Shown here: positions 61,706-64,000 of the stretch, piece by piece
Position numbering within the stretch: position 1 is the first letter of the stretch
Layout: every line of letters begins with the position of its first letter
NCBI GenBank assembly: GCA_002171615.1
Contig: NHEF01000010.1
Coordinates: forward strand, 254,634-318,633
Direction: 5' to 3'
Source: Gammaproteobacteria bacterium TMED78
GTDB taxonomy: Bacteria > Pseudomonadota > Gammaproteobacteria > Steroidobacterales > Rariloculaceae
DNA length: 64,000 bases
Notes under the pieces: generated by a model
Databases searched by the model: none
Told to the model about the DNA's origin: nothing
The model's input: the letters and a program-made list of their open reading frames with translations, nothing else
Translations under genes and position numbers: made by a program

Positions 61706-62487
61706 GTAGAATTATAGCTATAGCAAATCAAAAGGGCGGTGTCGGAAAAACAACCACTTGTGTGAATTTAGCCGCTTCGCTAATTGCTACAAGAAGAAGC
61801 GTTTTGTTAATTGATCTTGATCCCCAGGGAAATGCTACTATGGGTTGCGGAATAGATAAATCATCCCTTGAAAATAGCATTTGTGATGTACTTTTAGGAA
61901 GCGTTAGTGCTGAAGAGTCCATTTTAAAGGCATTCAATAATACTCTAGATGTACTTCCAAGCAATCAAGATCTTACTTACGCTGAGGTCGAGCTTCTTAG
62001 TACAGAGAAGAGGGAGTATAAGCTTTCTTCCGCTATTAGCTCTATAGAGAGAAATTTTGATTACGTCTTGATTGATTGTCCACCATCTCTAAACATCCTG
62101 ACTGTTAATGCATTCGCTGCAGCGAATGGAGTTCTTGTTCCCATGCAATGCGAGTATTATGCTCTAGAAGGATTAACAGCGCTTTTGGATACTATTAAGC
62201 AAATTAGCGATGGAATTAATGCTAAGCTTGAGCTTTATGGTATCTTAAGGACTATGTTTGATCCCAGAAATAATCTTTCTTCAGAAGTTTCTAATCAGCT
62301 AACTGAGCATTTTGGGGATAAAGTTTTTAGTACTATGGTGCCGAGAAACGTAAGGTTAGCGGAAGCTCCTAGTTTTGGTAAGCCAGTTTTACATCACGAC
62401 AGAAATTCTAGGGGCACTCTAGCATATTTGGCTTTAGCTGGAGAAGTAAATAGAAGAGAGAAGGAATCTTTGAGAAGTTATTCATGA
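61702..62487 (+). CDS. parA: Chromosome partitioning ATPase
   Basis: Motifs ANQKGGVGKTTT, DLDPQGNA, IDCPPSL, QCEYYALEG and RNVRLAEAPSFG. Confidence 0.97.
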   Translation: MSRIIAIANQKGGVGKTTTCVNLAASLIATRRSVLLIDLDPQGNATMGCGIDKSSLENSICDVLLGSVSAEESILKAFNNTLDVLPSNQDLTYAEVELLSTEKREYKLSSAISSIERNFDYVLIDCPPSLNILTVNAFAAANGVLVPMQCEYYALEGLTALLDTIKQISDGINAKLELYGILRTMFDPRNNLSSEVSNQLTEHFGDKVFSTMVPRNVRLAEAPSFGKPVLHHDRNSRGTLAYLALAGEVNRREKESLRSYS

Positions 62488-63368
62488 CTAAGAGAAAAAG
62501 CTTAGGTAGAGGATTAGATGCACTTTTAAGTACAAGCCAGGCCTTTAGTGGGCAAAAAGATTCAGAACAATTAAAGGAGCTCCCTGTAGATTTGCTTCAA
62601 AGAGGAAAGTATCAGCCTAGAGTTGATATGAAGATTGAAAAATTACAAGAGCTTTCAGAATCAATAAAAAGAGAGGGCTTGGTTCAGCCAATATTAGTAA
62701 GACCTATTAAGAGTGAATCTGATGAGCAGCGTTATGAGATAGTCGCTGGAGAAAGGCGGTGGCAAGCTACTCAGCTGGCTGGATTACACAATATTCCTGT
62801 AATAATTAAGGAAATACCTGATAAATCTGCTATAGCAATATCTTTAATAGAGAATATTCAGAGAGAAGATTTGAATCCTATAGAGGAGGCAAGAGCACTG
62901 TCGCGATTGGCAGATGAGTTTTCTATGACTCACGAAGAGGTTGCAGAGACTGTAGGTAGGTCAAGAGCTATGGTCACGAACCTTTTAAGATTATTAGACC
63001 TACCAGAACAAATTATAAAAATGCTTAATGATGGCAGTCTTGGTATGGGCCATGCCAGAGCAATCTTACCTGTAAGCAGTGTTGATGCTAAATTAGCAAT
63101 TTCATTGGCTCAAAAATCTTACAGAAATGGCTGGAGCGTTAGGAATCTTGAAAATATAGTTCGCAACCTTTCAAAAAAGGATCAAAAGAGCCAAAAAGGA
63201 CCTAAGAGCAAAGATCCAGATATATTAAAATTAGAAAAAAAATTAGCTGACTATTTAGGCGCTAAGGTAGAGATAATGCATTCAAATAAAGGCGGGAAGG
63301 TTTCAATTGCTTATCATAATATAGACGAGCTTGAAGGCATTATTGATCATTTTTATAATGGTTCTTGA
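62484..63368 (+). CDS. parB: Chromosome partitioning protein
   Basis: Motifs LGRGLDALL, YQPR, AGERRW, ENIQREDL and GRSR-x2-V-x-N-x-LRLL. Confidence 0.97.
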   Translation: MTKRKSLGRGLDALLSTSQAFSGQKDSEQLKELPVDLLQRGKYQPRVDMKIEKLQELSESIKREGLVQPILVRPIKSESDEQRYEIVAGERRWQATQLAGLHNIPVIIKEIPDKSAIAISLIENIQREDLNPIEEARALSRLADEFSMTHEEVAETVGRSRAMVTNLLRLLDLPEQIIKMLNDGSLGMGHARAILPVSSVDAKLAISLAQKSYRNGWSVRNLENIVRNLSKKDQKSQKGPKSKDPDILKLEKKLADYLGAKVEIMHSNKGGKVSIAYHNIDELEGIIDHFYNGS

Positions 63369-63393
63369 ACAGATATTAACTAAATAATATAAT
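63365..63393 (+). promoter_or_regulatory. Sigma70 promoter of the atp operon
   Basis: TTGAAC, 17-bp spacer, TATAAT; overlaps the parB stop codon. Confidence 0.6.
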
Positions 63394-63410
63394 GACGACC
63401 AAAGTATTCT

Positions 63411-63438
63411 AGGGCCACTTATAGGTGGCTTTTTATTT
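63411..63438 (+). terminator. Terminator-like hairpin between parB and atpI
   Basis: GCCACT-TATA-GGTGGC stem followed by TTTTTATTT. Confidence 0.55.
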
Positions 63439-63468
63439 GCCCAAATTATTGAGGTTTGTATTTACCTT

Positions 63469-63858
63469 TTGGAACAGCTACATAAAAATTTGTTATTTGT
63501 AAGAAAGTCTGCATTGCATATTGTTCTAGTGCAGATATTAATTACTCTAATTGTTTCTTTATTTGGGCTTATTTTTTTTAGTCCAACAGTTTTTTTATCT
63601 CTTCTTTTGGGCGGAGGAACAGGGTCACTTGCAAGCTTGATTATGGCACTTATTAGTTTTAGAGTTACCCCGCAATTAACACCTAGTAAGTATTTAAATA
63701 GATTTTATATTGGTGAATTTTATAAATTATTGATAACTATTATTTGCTTTGCCATGATATTTTCAAATCTTCATGTTAACTTTATAGCATTAATGATTGG
63801 ACTTATATTTACGCTATTGTCTTATAGATTAGCATTGTATAAGCCTTTAATGTTTTAA
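63469..63858 (+). CDS. atpI: ATP synthase protein I
   Basis: About 4 TM helices with FYIGEFYK. Lies between parB and atpB. Confidence 0.85.
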   Translation: MEQLHKNLLFVRKSALHIVLVQILITLIVSLFGLIFFSPTVFLSLLLGGGTGSLASLIMALISFRVTPQLTPSKYLNRFYIGEFYKLLITIICFAMIFSNLHVNFIALMIGLIFTLLSYRLALYKPLMF

Positions 63859-63898
63859 GACTTTACTTAACTTTTAAAAATATAGAATAAGAGAAAAA

Positions 63899-64000
63899 AT
63901 GGAAGAAGTTCATAAAGGCCCAGAATCATCCACAGACTATATTATTCATCATTTGACTAATCTTCATACTAGTGGCGGAACATTCTGGACGGAGTTGCAC
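63899..64000 (+). CDS. atpB: ATP synthase F0 subunit a (3' end outside window)
   Basis: MEEVHKGPESSTDYIIHHLTNL...FW matches the proteobacterial AtpB N-terminus. Confidence 0.9.
   Translation, partial: MEEVHKGPESSTDYIIHHLTNLHTSGGTFWTELH

Overview
AT-rich (about one-third GC by eye), very compact chromosomal segment from a Gammaproteobacterium, probably a streamlined lineage. It spans the replication-origin region: gyrB-recF-dnaN-dnaA, rpmH-rnpA-yidC-mnmE, mnmG, rsmG-parA-parB and atpI-atpB. Most of the window is housekeeping: aroB, dgt, pyrF, fadD, a contiguous trpEGDCFBA operon, dapF-xerC, ubiEJB, hemXY, ubiK, grxC-gpsA, a family-1 pyrD, and glnA-ntrBC with a sigma54 promoter and NtrC boxes. 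I found no rRNA, tRNA, CRISPR array or mobile element. The best candidate for an undescribed system lies between mnmE and mnmG. It comprises a secreted cytochrome c/beta-propeller fusion rich in His and Met, plus two DUF6152-like secreted proteins whose predicted mature N-terminus is His-His. A third paralog lies at 25.6-26.6 kb, and together these suggest a periplasmic metal (possibly copper) redox module. Other notable points are an Opp ABC transporter whose OppC carries a fibronectin-III-like insert, an alpha2-type GlyRS in the usual glyQ-glyS position, a CtpA protease lacking PDZ, a divergent LpxA paired with a GnnA-like dehydrogenase, a probable CTG start for pyrD, and two parS sites inside recF. 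All family assignments come from motif recognition by eye; no database search was run.
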